From positions 512,001-576,000 of the forward strand of contig JBCCHT010000002.1 in the NCBI GenBank assembly GCA_039028615.1: a stretch of 64,000 nt of DNA. Reading direction: 5' to 3'. Positions 31,399 through 40,668 of this stretch are shown piece by piece. This DNA comes from Myxococcota bacterium. GTDB taxonomy: Bacteria > Myxococcota_A > Polyangia > Nannocystales > Nannocystaceae. Positions within the stretch are counted from its first letter, which is position 1. Every line of letters begins with the position of its first letter. Both the position numbers and the translations under genes were made by a program. A model generated the notes under the pieces. The model had not been told where the DNA came from. It worked only from the letters and a program-made list of their open reading frames with translations, and made no database searches.

Positions 31399-33672
31399 AT
31401 GGGTACGAAAAGGAGTCGGCGAATCGCGGTGCTGCTCCTTTCGCTCGCGGCATGTGGCGATGATCTGCCGAGCCAAGGAGGCTCTGCGTCCAGCGACACG
31501 GGCACGGCCGACACGGGCCTTCCCGAGGCCGGCACCACCGTGGCGACGCCCGACGACGACGACACGACCGGCGCGGGCACGACCAGCGAACCGGGCGATA
31601 CGGGCTCCGAATCGGGCGATACGGGGCCATTGCCGCCCCCGGAGCTCAACCCGGAGATCATGCTCACCCGCATGTCGAGCTGGCCCGGCGGGGGACTCGA
31701 GCTGACCGTCGCAGTCGAAGACGAGCAGGGCTTCCCCATCACCGCAGACCTCGGGGACGACCTCGAGCTCCGCTGGCTGGATACCCAACGAAGCGTGCCC
31801 ATCGCGACCCACGCGGCCGCCCCCGATGCGTCCTCGGGCCACTTGCTGGTCATGGTCACCCCGGGGGACACCGCCCTCGAGCACACCCACGTGCTGGCCG
31901 TCGTGTCCGAGTTGATCGAGCGCAGGCCGGCCGGAGAACGCATCGCGCTGTACCGCTGGGGCGACGAGGTCGAGCAGCTGGTCGACTTCACCCACGATCG
32001 CCAGCGGCTGACCCGAGTCCTGCAGCGCCTGCCCATGGGCACCGCCGAGGGCAGCGCCATCACACCGACGGATGCGCTCGCCGAGGCGACCCACGAGGTG
32101 ACGCGGGTCGGCAATAGCCGGGATCGAGGCATGCGCTGGGTCCTGATGGTCGGTCGGGACTTCCCGGGAGAGCCGGTCGACGCCGGCCTGCAGACCGTGG
32201 ACACGGCCTTCGCCCAGTGGGTGTTCCGCGAGCTGGAGCCGCCCGCCGTCGACCTCATGGGTGCCGGACGCGTCATCGACTGGTTGTCGCCGGGCGGCCT
32301 GGCGGCGGCGCTGGTCGAGGCCGAGGCCCGAGCCGAGGACTTTCGCGACTCCGTCTACGAGATCGGCCTGTGCGGAGTCCCGCCCGAAGGGCGAGCGGCC
32401 CAGCTGACCGTGGCTGGGCACGAAGGCGGGCTCATCACGAACCTGATCGGGGGTGCCCCCGAAGACCGCTCGTCGAGCCACGAGGCGGGCTGTGAGCCCG
32501 AAACGGTGCGAGACGGGCCGCGGCCCTTCCCCGAGGTCATCGACTTCCGCTTCACCCCAGAGCAGTGGGAGGTCTACGAGCAGCGCCTCGCCACCAACAG
32601 CAAGGACGACTTCGAGCTGACGGTCAGTCTGTGGGACGACGCGCCCGCGGGCGAGGCGGTCGCCCACCTGCGCGGTCAGACCTCGCTGGGCTGCGCGCGG
32701 CGCAACTACACCTTGGATCTGGCCACCAACACCGAACGCCACTTGCTGCCGGGCTCGGCCACCGACGAGTTCTATCTGCTGAGCATGTGCCTGGACGATC
32801 GCTACTTGCGGGCGCACACCGTCTACCAGCTCTACGACCAGCTCGGCGTGTTCCCGCTGTCGTTCAGGCTCGTCGAGCTTCGGCTCGACGGACAAAGCCG
32901 CGGCATCTACCTGCTCATGGAGAAGGCCAAGGAGGCGCTGGTCCAAGACAGCGCCCGCGTACGCTCGGTCATCCGGCGGGGCTTCTCCGGCGGCTCGACC
33001 TTCGCCGACGTCAAGCACTCGGCCACCACCGACCAGGAGGCGGCCGAGGCCTACGACGCGCTGCTCGCCGAGCTGTACCTGCCATCGGGCGACGCCTTGT
33101 CCGTGACGCTCGACGAACGACTCGACAGCTCGGCCTACCTGAGGCAGCTGGCCATGAACACGTTGCTGCGCAACGGCGACTACGTGGACGAGAACTGGCT
33201 CGTCTCCACCGACTATCTCCACGCGGATGGCACGGTCGGCGACTGGTACTCGTTCATGAGCTGGGATCCCGACGACATCTTCTCCAACTGCCACTACGGC
33301 GGCGCCTTCGCCTACGCAGACCCCTACGACATCGCCTACTGCGCCGAAGCCGAGCTCGACGAGATCATCTTGCGTGACCCCGTGACCTACGGGCGCTTCA
33401 TCGACGTGGTCGAGCTCGTCTCCGAGCAGGTGAGCGAAGCCGTGTTCGACGAGGCCGTCGACGCGACCGCGGCGGACTTGGTCTACTACCTCCAGCAGCC
33501 CGGCATCGCCCCCGCCATGACCGAGCTACTTCAGTCCAACCCGGCGGCCACCGACCCCGCCGTCGCGCAGCAGGACGTGCTCGACACCGCCGAGTCCCTC
33601 AAGCAAGACTACGCGGCTCGGCGCCAGCTCATCGCCGACCGCGTCGCGGCCTATCGCCTGCTCCACCCCTGA
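31399..33672 (+). CDS. CotH kinase family lipoprotein with N-terminal vWA-like region
   Basis: Lipobox LAAC; LRGQTS..RRNYTL, GIYLLMEK, NGDYVDEN, WDPD. Confidence 0.82.
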   Translation: MGTKRSRRIAVLLLSLAACGDDLPSQGGSASSDTGTADTGLPEAGTTVATPDDDDTTGAGTTSEPGDTGSESGDTGPLPPPELNPEIMLTRMSSWPGGGLELTVAVEDEQGFPITADLGDDLELRWLDTQRSVPIATHAAAPDASSGHLLVMVTPGDTALEHTHVLAVVSELIERRPAGERIALYRWGDEVEQLVDFTHDRQRLTRVLQRLPMGTAEGSAITPTDALAEATHEVTRVGNSRDRGMRWVLMVGRDFPGEPVDAGLQTVDTAFAQWVFRELEPPAVDLMGAGRVIDWLSPGGLAAALVEAEARAEDFRDSVYEIGLCGVPPEGRAAQLTVAGHEGGLITNLIGGAPEDRSSSHEAGCEPETVRDGPRPFPEVIDFRFTPEQWEVYEQRLATNSKDDFELTVSLWDDAPAGEAVAHLRGQTSLGCARRNYTLDLATNTERHLLPGSATDEFYLLSMCLDDRYLRAHTVYQLYDQLGVFPLSFRLVELRLDGQSRGIYLLMEKAKEALVQDSARVRSVIRRGFSGGSTFADVKHSATTDQEAAEAYDALLAELYLPSGDALSVTLDERLDSSAYLRQLAMNTLLRNGDYVDENWLVSTDYLHADGTVGDWYSFMSWDPDDIFSNCHYGGAFAYADPYDIAYCAEAELDEIILRDPVTYGRFIDVVELVSEQVSEAVFDEAVDATAADLVYYLQQPGIAPAMTELLQSNPAATDPAVAQQDVLDTAESLKQDYAARRQLIADRVAAYRLLHP

Positions 33673-33677
33673 GGGCT

Positions 33678-35138
33678 TCACTCACCGTCGAGCTCGGCCT
33701 CGGCCTCCCGGATGACCGAGGCCTCCTCTTCGGGCGCCCCCGCCACGAGGTGATGGCGGCTATAGAGCCCGAAGTAGAGCAGGCCCAGCCCCATGGTCAC
33801 CACCGTCGCGACCACCACCGTGATCGCGGCCCCGCCGTAGAACAGCGTGGAGCTCATGGCCACGAGCGAGAGCACCAACGCGATGATCGGGGTGATGGGG
33901 TAACCCGGGGTGCGATAGGGCCGGTCCAGCTGCGGTGAGCGCCGTCGCAGCACGAGGTGGCTGACCATCATCATCACGTAGGAGATGAGGGCCGCGAACA
34001 CGGCGATCTGCATGAGCAGGTCCCCCGTGGCCACGGCCCCGTCGTTGTAGGCGTCGACGACCCGGATGGTGGCGTAGCCGACCAGCGCGGGCACGATGAG
34101 CGCCCAGTGGGGCGCCTGCTTGGAGTTGGTGCGTGACAGCCAGCGGGGCAGGTAGCCCGCCCGCGACAGCGCGAAGATCTGGCGCGAGTACGCGAAGATG
34201 ATGCCGAAGAAGCTCGCCACGAGCCCCGCCAGGCCGACCACCGTGGTCACCCAGTACATCGTCGTGCGCCCCGACACCGCCTCGATTGCGGCCGGCAGCG
34301 GGTTTTCGCTCTGGGCCAGGGCACTCGAGCCCGAGGCGGCCGGGCCCAAGGCCAGCACCACCACCGACAAGGCGACCAACGACAGCATCGCCGCGATCAT
34401 CCCGCGCGGCAGATCGCGGCTCGGGTCACGGGTCTCCTCGGCCGCCAGCGGCACGCCTTCGATCGCGAGGTAGAACCAGCCGGCCGCGGGCAGAGCCGCC
34501 AAGACGCCGCCGATGCCCCGGGGCAGAAAATCACTCTCGCCCGCGCTGGGGCTGATGTCGAACAAGCGCGACCACTCGACATGCGGGATCACGGCGATGG
34601 CCCACCCGACCACCACGAGCACGGACAGCCCGGTGATGCCCAGCAGCAGCATCAACGAAGTGCGCGAGCCCATGAGGTTGATGCCCACGAACACCGCATA
34701 GGCGATCACGGGCACCCACACTTCGACCCACGGCGGCGGGGCATCGAACATGCCCGCCACGTAGCCTCCGATGCCGGTCGCGATGGTGGCCGGGGCGACG
34801 ACGTACTCGATGGTGACCGCCAAGCCGGTCGCGTAGCCCCCCCACGGACCCAACGCTCGCCGAGCGAAGGCATAGGGGCCACCGGCCACGGGCATCGCCG
34901 TCGCCATCTCGGCGATGGAGAAGATCATCGCGACGTACAGCGTGGCCATGACCGCGGTCGCGATCAGCAAGCCACCCCAGCCGCCTGCGTTCAGCCCGTA
35001 GTTCCAGCCGAAGAAATCGCCGGAGATCACATAGCCGACGCCCAGCCCCCACAGCAGAATCGGTCCGGCCGTCCGCTGGAGGCTGCGTTGCTCGAGATAG
35101 TTGGCGTCGACGTCTTCGTACTCGACCGACTCGGCCAT
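33678..35138 (-). CDS. eat: Ethanolamine permease (APC family)
   Basis: LWGLGVGYVISGDFFGWN, WFYLAIEGVPLAAEE, YSRHHLVAGAPEEE. Confidence 0.88.
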   Translation of the reverse strand: MAESVEYEDVDANYLEQRSLQRTAGPILLWGLGVGYVISGDFFGWNYGLNAGGWGGLLIATAVMATLYVAMIFSIAEMATAMPVAGGPYAFARRALGPWGGYATGLAVTIEYVVAPATIATGIGGYVAGMFDAPPPWVEVWVPVIAYAVFVGINLMGSRTSLMLLLGITGLSVLVVVGWAIAVIPHVEWSRLFDISPSAGESDFLPRGIGGVLAALPAAGWFYLAIEGVPLAAEETRDPSRDLPRGMIAAMLSLVALSVVVLALGPAASGSSALAQSENPLPAAIEAVSGRTTMYWVTTVVGLAGLVASFFGIIFAYSRQIFALSRAGYLPRWLSRTNSKQAPHWALIVPALVGYATIRVVDAYNDGAVATGDLLMQIAVFAALISYVMMMVSHLVLRRRSPQLDRPYRTPGYPITPIIALVLSLVAMSSTLFYGGAAITVVVATVVTMGLGLLYFGLYSRHHLVAGAPEEEASVIREAEAELDGE

Positions 35139-35226
35139 GGGCCGAAGGGTCGCATAGACGCGATGGCGACGCGGGCTCGATCTGCGAGTCCCTACGGGGA
35201 CGAGATCGCGCCCGCGCGCTCGAAGC

Positions 35227-35463
35227 TCAGACCTTCACGCCGCGGCCGCGCATGTCGGCGAGCACGGCCTCGATGCCGAGCTTGTCGATGATGCGCATGC
35301 CGTGGGCCGACAGTCGAAGGCGGACCCAGCGGTTCTCGCTCGGCACCCAGTAGCGCTTCGAGTGCAGGTTCGGCATCGTTCGCCGCTTGGTGCGAATGTG
35401 CGAGTGCGAGACGTTCATCCCCACCAAGGGACGCTTACCGGTGACCATGCAGACCTGAGCCAT
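35227..35463 (-). CDS. rpmB: 50S ribosomal protein L28 (78 aa)
   Basis: [40 protein letters not shown] at 35472-35476. Confidence 0.97.
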   Translation of the reverse strand: MAQVCMVTGKRPLVGMNVSHSHIRTKRRTMPNLHSKRYWVPSENRWVRLRLSAHGMRIIDKLGIEAVLADMRGRGVKV

Positions 35464-35488
35464 GAGTTTCGCTCCTGAGGGGACGCGG

Positions 35489-35517
35489 ACTGTTGCTCGG
35501 GCAGCTTTGGGTGTCAA
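35489..35517 (-). promoter_or_regulatory. Sigma70-type promoter of rpmB
   Basis: TTGACA-17nt-AACAGT on the minus strand. Confidence 0.6.
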
Positions 35518-35603
35518 GAGCGATACGACCGCCCGAATGTGAGCCGCGAATCGATCCGCAGGGCCGTCATGTAGTTGAAATTACACCTGGGAGGCTTCTG
35601 TAT

Positions 35604-35632
35604 TTGAGGTTTGGCTCCTTTTTCAGGATAAT
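35604..35632 (+). promoter_or_regulatory. Candidate sigma70-type promoter for the Cys-rich lipoprotein array
   Basis: TTGAGG-17nt-GATAAT in an AT-rich patch. Confidence 0.35.
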
Positions 35633-35774
35633 ATTCCTCGTGGAAGGGCCGGGTTTGGGAGCTTGCGAGCGCCTCGAGCGTGATCGCGTGATCGTCGCCG
35701 ATCGATTGGGGGCGATCCGGGCGCCTCGGCAGCGAGCCTTCGCCAAGGCTCGCCTGCGTGGCCCCTCCCCGGCC

Positions 35775-36689
35775 ATGAGCAACTTCACCTTCTTGGGATC
35801 CCTCGCGCTGGTCGCCATGACCGCGTGTGGCCCCGACCTCGTGCCCACGCGCAGCGACGACGGCACCACGACCACGGACGCGAGCAGCAGCAGCGGCGCC
35901 CCTCGGCCTTCGTCCACGAGCACCTCGACCGCCGACTCCACGAGCACGCCCACCACCGAGGCCACCGGACTCGACGAGCCGGGCGTCTCGTTCGTCGACG
36001 ACGCGGACATCGGCATCAACCTCGGTTGCGACCCCTACGTCCAAGATTGTCCCCCCGGACAAAAGTGCGCCTGGTGGGCGAACGATGGCGGAGGCGCTTG
36101 GAACGATACGCGGTGTGTGCCCGTCGTCGACGATCCCGCCGCGCGGGGAGAGCCGTGCACCGTCGTCGAATCGGGAACCAGCGGCCTCGACGACTGTGAG
36201 TTCGGCGCGATGTGCTGGGACATCGACCCCGAGACGCTCGAGGGCTACTGCGTCGAGCAGTGCTCGGGCAGCGAGCAATGGCCGGCCTGCGAAGACCCCG
36301 AGACCACGTGTTCGATCGCAGGGGATGGCTTGGCGCTGTGCCTCCCCAACTGCAACCCCCTGCATCCCGACGACTGTGCCGAGGACCAAGGCTGCTACCC
36401 GATCAACGAGGACTGGCGATGTGCCCCGGATGCCTCGGGCAAGATGGGAGCCTACGGCGATCCCTGCGAGTTCACCAATGTCTGCTCGCCCGGGCTCATC
36501 TGTGGGCACCCGTCGTTCGTCCCCGACTGCGACAGCAGCGTGGGCTGCTGCACCGAAGTCTGCGATCTCGACGAACCCGAGTGCAGCAACATGGAGCTCG
36601 GGGTCGGCTGCACGCCGTGGTGGACCGACTCCAGCACGGCCCCTGTCGGCTACGACGACGTCGGCGTCTGTGCCCTCCCCCCGCGGTGA
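35775..36689 (+). CDS. Cys-rich lipoprotein, tandem paralogue 1
   Basis: Lipobox MTAC, S/T stalk, 26-Cys core. Confidence 0.9.
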   Translation: MSNFTFLGSLALVAMTACGPDLVPTRSDDGTTTTDASSSSGAPRPSSTSTSTADSTSTPTTEATGLDEPGVSFVDDADIGINLGCDPYVQDCPPGQKCAWWANDGGGAWNDTRCVPVVDDPAARGEPCTVVESGTSGLDDCEFGAMCWDIDPETLEGYCVEQCSGSEQWPACEDPETTCSIAGDGLALCLPNCNPLHPDDCAEDQGCYPINEDWRCAPDASGKMGAYGDPCEFTNVCSPGLICGHPSFVPDCDSSVGCCTEVCDLDEPECSNMELGVGCTPWWTDSSTAPVGYDDVGVCALPPR

Positions 36690-36692
36690 CGG

Positions 36693-37637
36693 ATGACCAT
36701 GCGACGTCGCACGCACACTCTGGCTTCGCCCGCCGCTCGGATACCAACGGCCGCGCTCGTCGTGGCCCTGACCAGCTGCAGCCCGAGCATCGTGCCCACG
36801 CGCAGCAACGACGGCGGTAGTACCACCGACGCCGCGACCAGCGATGACACGGGGTCGCCCTCGGCGTCGTCCTCGAGCACCTCGTCGGCCGACACCACCG
36901 AAGCCTCACCGACCGACGCGACCGGCCTCGACGAGCCCGGCGTCTCGTTCGTGGACGACACCGACATCGGCATCGCCCTCGATTGCGACGTCTACGCGCA
37001 GGACTGCCCAGCGGGACAAAAATGCACCTGGTGGAATGGCGACGTGGGCTCGCCATGGAGCCAGACGCGATGTGTGCCGATCGCCGACGACACCACCAAC
37101 CCGGGAGAGCCGTGCACGGTCCTGGGCACGCCCTATACCGGTCTCGACGACTGTCGCCTCGGCGCGATGTGTTGGGACGTCGACTCCGAGACGCTGGAAG
37201 GCACCTGCGTCGCGCTGTGCACGGGGAACTGGGACAACCCGATCTGTGAGAGCCCCGATTCGTACTGCGCCACGGGTGGTGACGGCATCGCGGTGTGTGT
37301 CCCGGCGTGCAGCCCCCTGCAGCCGGGCGACTGCGCCGAAGGCCAGGGCTGCTATCCCGTCGACGACGACTGGGTCTGCGCCCCGGATGCCTCCGGTGAG
37401 ATGGGGGCCTACGGCGACCCCTGCGAGTTCATCAACGTCTGTGATCCAGGGCTGGTGTGCGTGGGCAGCTCGGCAGTGCCCGGGTGCGAGGGCTCGGGGT
37501 GCTGCACCAACGTGTGCGACCTCGACGATCCCCAGTGCAACGACACGGAGCTCGGAGTCGAATGCGTGCCTTGGTACGACAGCAACGCGCCCTTCGGCTA
37601 CGAACACCTGGGCGCCTGCGTCCTGCCGGAGAAATGA
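36693..37637 (+). CDS. Cys-rich lipoprotein, tandem paralogue 2
   Basis: Lipobox LTSC, S/T stalk, 26-Cys core. Confidence 0.9.
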   Translation: MTMRRRTHTLASPAARIPTAALVVALTSCSPSIVPTRSNDGGSTTDAATSDDTGSPSASSSSTSSADTTEASPTDATGLDEPGVSFVDDTDIGIALDCDVYAQDCPAGQKCTWWNGDVGSPWSQTRCVPIADDTTNPGEPCTVLGTPYTGLDDCRLGAMCWDVDSETLEGTCVALCTGNWDNPICESPDSYCATGGDGIAVCVPACSPLQPGDCAEGQGCYPVDDDWVCAPDASGEMGAYGDPCEFINVCDPGLVCVGSSAVPGCEGSGCCTNVCDLDDPQCNDTELGVECVPWYDSNAPFGYEHLGACVLPEK

Positions 37638-38584
37638 CCATGCCCCCGACCGCGCCGACTCTCCTCGTAGACAGACCCCTCGCATGGGCGCAGGCGACAT
37701 CGCTCGCTGTCGCCCTGATGGGGTGCGGCCCCGATGTCGTCGCCACGCGCAGCGACGACGGTGGCACGACATCCGACGCGACCGAGCTCGAGAGCACCGG
37801 TTCCCCCACGTCGTCGACGAGCACGTCCGAGGTCGACACCACCGAGTCACCGCCCATCGACGGCACCGGCCTCGACGAGCCCGGCGTGTCATTCGTGGAC
37901 GATGCCGACATCGGCGTGGACCTCGACTGCGATCCCTACGCGCAAGACTGCCCGGCGGGACAAAAGTGTGCGTGGTGGGGCAGCGACGGCGGGGGCGCAT
38001 GGAACAGCACCCGGTGCGTCCCCATTGCCGACGATCCCGCCGAGCCGGGAGAGCCCTGCACGGTCGAGGGCTCGGGCACGACCGGCCTCGACGACTGTCG
38101 CCTCGGCTCGATGTGTTGGGACGTCGACCCCAAGCTCCTCGAGGGCACCTGTGTCGAACAATGCACGGGCGACGAGAGCAATCCGTCCTGCGAAAACCCG
38201 CAGACGACGTGCGCGATCAGTGCCGACGGCCTCGCGCTGTGCCTGCCCAGCTGCAACCCGCTGCAACCCAGCGACTGCCCCGAGGAGCAGGGCTGCTACC
38301 CCATCAGCACCAGCTGGCGCTGTGCTCCCGACGCTTCAGGCGACCTGGGTGCCTACGGAGACCCCTGCGAGTTCATCAACACCTGTGACCCGGGCCTCGT
38401 CTGCGTGAGCCCATCCGCGGTGCCCGGGTGCAAGGGCTTCGGATGTTGCACCGACGTCTGCGACCTCGACGAGCCCGAGTGCAAGGACATGGAACTCGGG
38501 GTCGAGTGCACGCCCTGGACGGACGAGAACAGCACCCCGATCGGCTACGAAGACGTGGGCGTGTGCGCGCTGCCCCAACGATGA
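37634..38584 (+). CDS. Cys-rich lipoprotein, tandem paralogue 3
   Basis: ATGA overlap; lipobox LMGC; 26-Cys core. Confidence 0.9.
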   Translation: MTMPPTAPTLLVDRPLAWAQATSLAVALMGCGPDVVATRSDDGGTTSDATELESTGSPTSSTSTSEVDTTESPPIDGTGLDEPGVSFVDDADIGVDLDCDPYAQDCPAGQKCAWWGSDGGGAWNSTRCVPIADDPAEPGEPCTVEGSGTTGLDDCRLGSMCWDVDPKLLEGTCVEQCTGDESNPSCENPQTTCAISADGLALCLPSCNPLQPSDCPEEQGCYPISTSWRCAPDASGDLGAYGDPCEFINTCDPGLVCVSPSAVPGCKGFGCCTDVCDLDEPECKDMELGVECTPWTDENSTPIGYEDVGVCALPQR

Positions 38585-38590
38585 ACTGCC

Positions 38591-39484
38591 ATGAGACGAA
38601 CTTCGATCGCGTTCCCCCTCCCCATCCTCCTTTCGTGGGCATGCGGGCCCGACACGGTCGCCTCCACCAGCAACGGTGACAACGCGACGGAAACCTCGGA
38701 CCCGACCGGCTCGACCAGCGCCTCGGCGGCGTCGACCTCGAACGGCTCCGCTCCGTCGGTCGACTCCAGCTCGGGCGCCGCGGACACGGTTGCCGAGACC
38801 ACGATGGGCATCGATCCCGACACCGGTCCCGCCGAGTGCGACATCTATGCTCAGGACTGCCCCAAGGGAGAAAAGTGCACCATCTGGGCGAACGACGGCG
38901 GTGACGCGGTCAACGCGACTCGGTGCGTGCCCGTGGTGGACGACCCGGTCGCGCCCGGAGACCCGTGTGTCATCGAGGGCGGCCCGGCCTCGGGCATCGA
39001 CGACTGTGCCCACGGTGCCTACTGCTGGGATGGCGACCCCACGGCCCTGGAAGGGATCTGCGTCGATTTCTGCAGCGGGTCCGAAGACGATCCCTTCTGC
39101 GACGACCCCGACACCGCCTGCATCATCTCGGCTGATTTTCCCCCGATCTGTCGACGCACCTGCAACCCGCTCGAGTCCGACTGCCAGCCCGACGAAGGCT
39201 GCTACCCCATCAACGACTATTGGCTGTGCGCCGACGTGAACTGGGACGCGGGCTACGGCGAGGCCTGCGACTTCCCTTATGCCTGCCTTCCGGGCCTCGT
39301 CTGCCAGGACTCCGAACTCGTCGCGGGTTGCGAGAAAGGAGCAGCTGGCTGCTGCACGGACCTCTGCAATCTCGTCGACCCCATGTGCCAGGCCGCCAAG
39401 GGGGGCGCGATGTGCGAGCCCTGGTTCGAGGAAGCCCCTCCCGGCTACGAAAACGTGGGGGTCTGCGTGCTTCCTCCGCCCTGA
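38591..39484 (+). CDS. Cys-rich lipoprotein, tandem paralogue 4 (more diverged)
   Basis: Lipobox SWAC; 26-Cys core. Confidence 0.9.
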   Translation: MRRTSIAFPLPILLSWACGPDTVASTSNGDNATETSDPTGSTSASAASTSNGSAPSVDSSSGAADTVAETTMGIDPDTGPAECDIYAQDCPKGEKCTIWANDGGDAVNATRCVPVVDDPVAPGDPCVIEGGPASGIDDCAHGAYCWDGDPTALEGICVDFCSGSEDDPFCDDPDTACIISADFPPICRRTCNPLESDCQPDEGCYPINDYWLCADVNWDAGYGEACDFPYACLPGLVCQDSELVAGCEKGAAGCCTDLCNLVDPMCQAAKGGAMCEPWFEEAPPGYENVGVCVLPPP

Positions 39485-39566
39485 ACCCGCCGCCGCAGGG
39501 CGATCGGAACGATTTCTTCATCAGTCCTCGCTCCCCGGCTCCACCCACGGAGTCAGGGGGCGAACG

Positions 39567-40664
39567 ATGCAACACGGCATGAAGGGTCTTGCGCTTTGCT
39601 CGCAGGTCGGACTCCTGCTGGGAGGGCTGGGCGTGGTCGGCTGCGACGCCGGACGCAGCTCGGTCCGGCCCGATCCCGAGGAAACCGAAGAGGTCGATCC
39701 CGAGGACCAAGGCTCCGACCAGGACAACGGCGCGGGAGAGCTGGGGGCGACCCCGGTGGATCGGCATGGTGCCCTGCACGTGGCCGAGGGCAAGCTCCGC
39801 GACGAGAGCGGCGAGCCGGTCCAGCTGCGCGGCGTCAGCAGCATGTGGCTCAACTGGGAGGACGATGGCTACGCGGAGGACGCGACCGCCCTGCGCTGGA
39901 TGAGAAACAACTGGGGGCTGACCGTGATCCGGGCGTCCATGGGCATCGAGCCCGACGGGGCCTACCTCAGCGAACCCGACCGCGCGCTGTCCCAAGTCCA
40001 GACCATCGTCGACAACGCCATCGACGCGGGCGTGTACGTGATCATCGATTGGCACGACCACAACGCCCACGAAAACCAGGCCGAGGCGGTGGAGTTCTTC
40101 CGCGACATGGCCGTGCTCTACGGCGACACGCCCAACGTGCTCTACGAGCCCTTCAACGAGCCGTTGCAGGTCTCGTGGAGCGGGATCGTCAAGCCCTACC
40201 ACGAGGCGGTGGTGGCCGCGATTCGGCAGGTCGACCCCGACAACGTCGTCATCCTGGGTACGCCGAGCTGGTCGCAGCACGTGCACCAGGCCGCGGCCAA
40301 TCCCGTGGAGGCCGACAACATCATGTACGCCCTGCACTTTTACGCGTGCACGCACGGGGAGCAGCTGCGCGGCTACGGCCAGCAGGCTCTGCAGCGCGGG
40401 GCGGCGCTGTTCGTGACCGAGTGGGGCGCCACCCATGCCGACGGCGGCCTCGATGGCCTGCTCTGCCTCGACGAAGCCACGCGCTGGCACGAGTGGATGA
40501 ACGAAAACGACATCGGCTGGGCAGCGTGGAAGCTCGACAACTGCTCGCCCGACTCGAGCTGCCTGCTCAGCGGCGGCGCATCGCTGCAGGGCGGCTGGAC
40601 CCTCGACGACCTGCACGGGCACGGGCCCTTCGTACGCGCCCGCATGCAGGCCGGCATGGAGTAG
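39567..40664 (+). CDS. Glycoside hydrolase family 5 (endoglucanase-like) lipoprotein
   Basis: VQLRGVS, YVIIDWH, YEPFNEP (acid/base), LHFYA, FVTEWG (nucleophile); lipobox VVGC. Confidence 0.93.
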   Translation: MQHGMKGLALCSQVGLLLGGLGVVGCDAGRSSVRPDPEETEEVDPEDQGSDQDNGAGELGATPVDRHGALHVAEGKLRDESGEPVQLRGVSSMWLNWEDDGYAEDATALRWMRNNWGLTVIRASMGIEPDGAYLSEPDRALSQVQTIVDNAIDAGVYVIIDWHDHNAHENQAEAVEFFRDMAVLYGDTPNVLYEPFNEPLQVSWSGIVKPYHEAVVAAIRQVDPDNVVILGTPSWSQHVHQAAANPVEADNIMYALHFYACTHGEQLRGYGQQALQRGAALFVTEWGATHADGGLDGLLCLDEATRWHEWMNENDIGWAAWKLDNCSPDSSCLLSGGASLQGGWTLDDLHGHGPFVRARMQAGME

Positions 40665-40668
40665 CGCC

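Noticed and set aside
31312..33294. N-terminal two-thirds of the 1143-aa minus-strand ORF
   Set aside because: Antisense shadow of the CotH gene; the real protein starts near 31311.
35775..39484. Repeated DNA as a CRISPR array or DGR template/variable repeats
   Set aside because: Repeats are whole coding paralogues; no cas or reverse transcriptase gene, and differences are not adenine-specific by eye.
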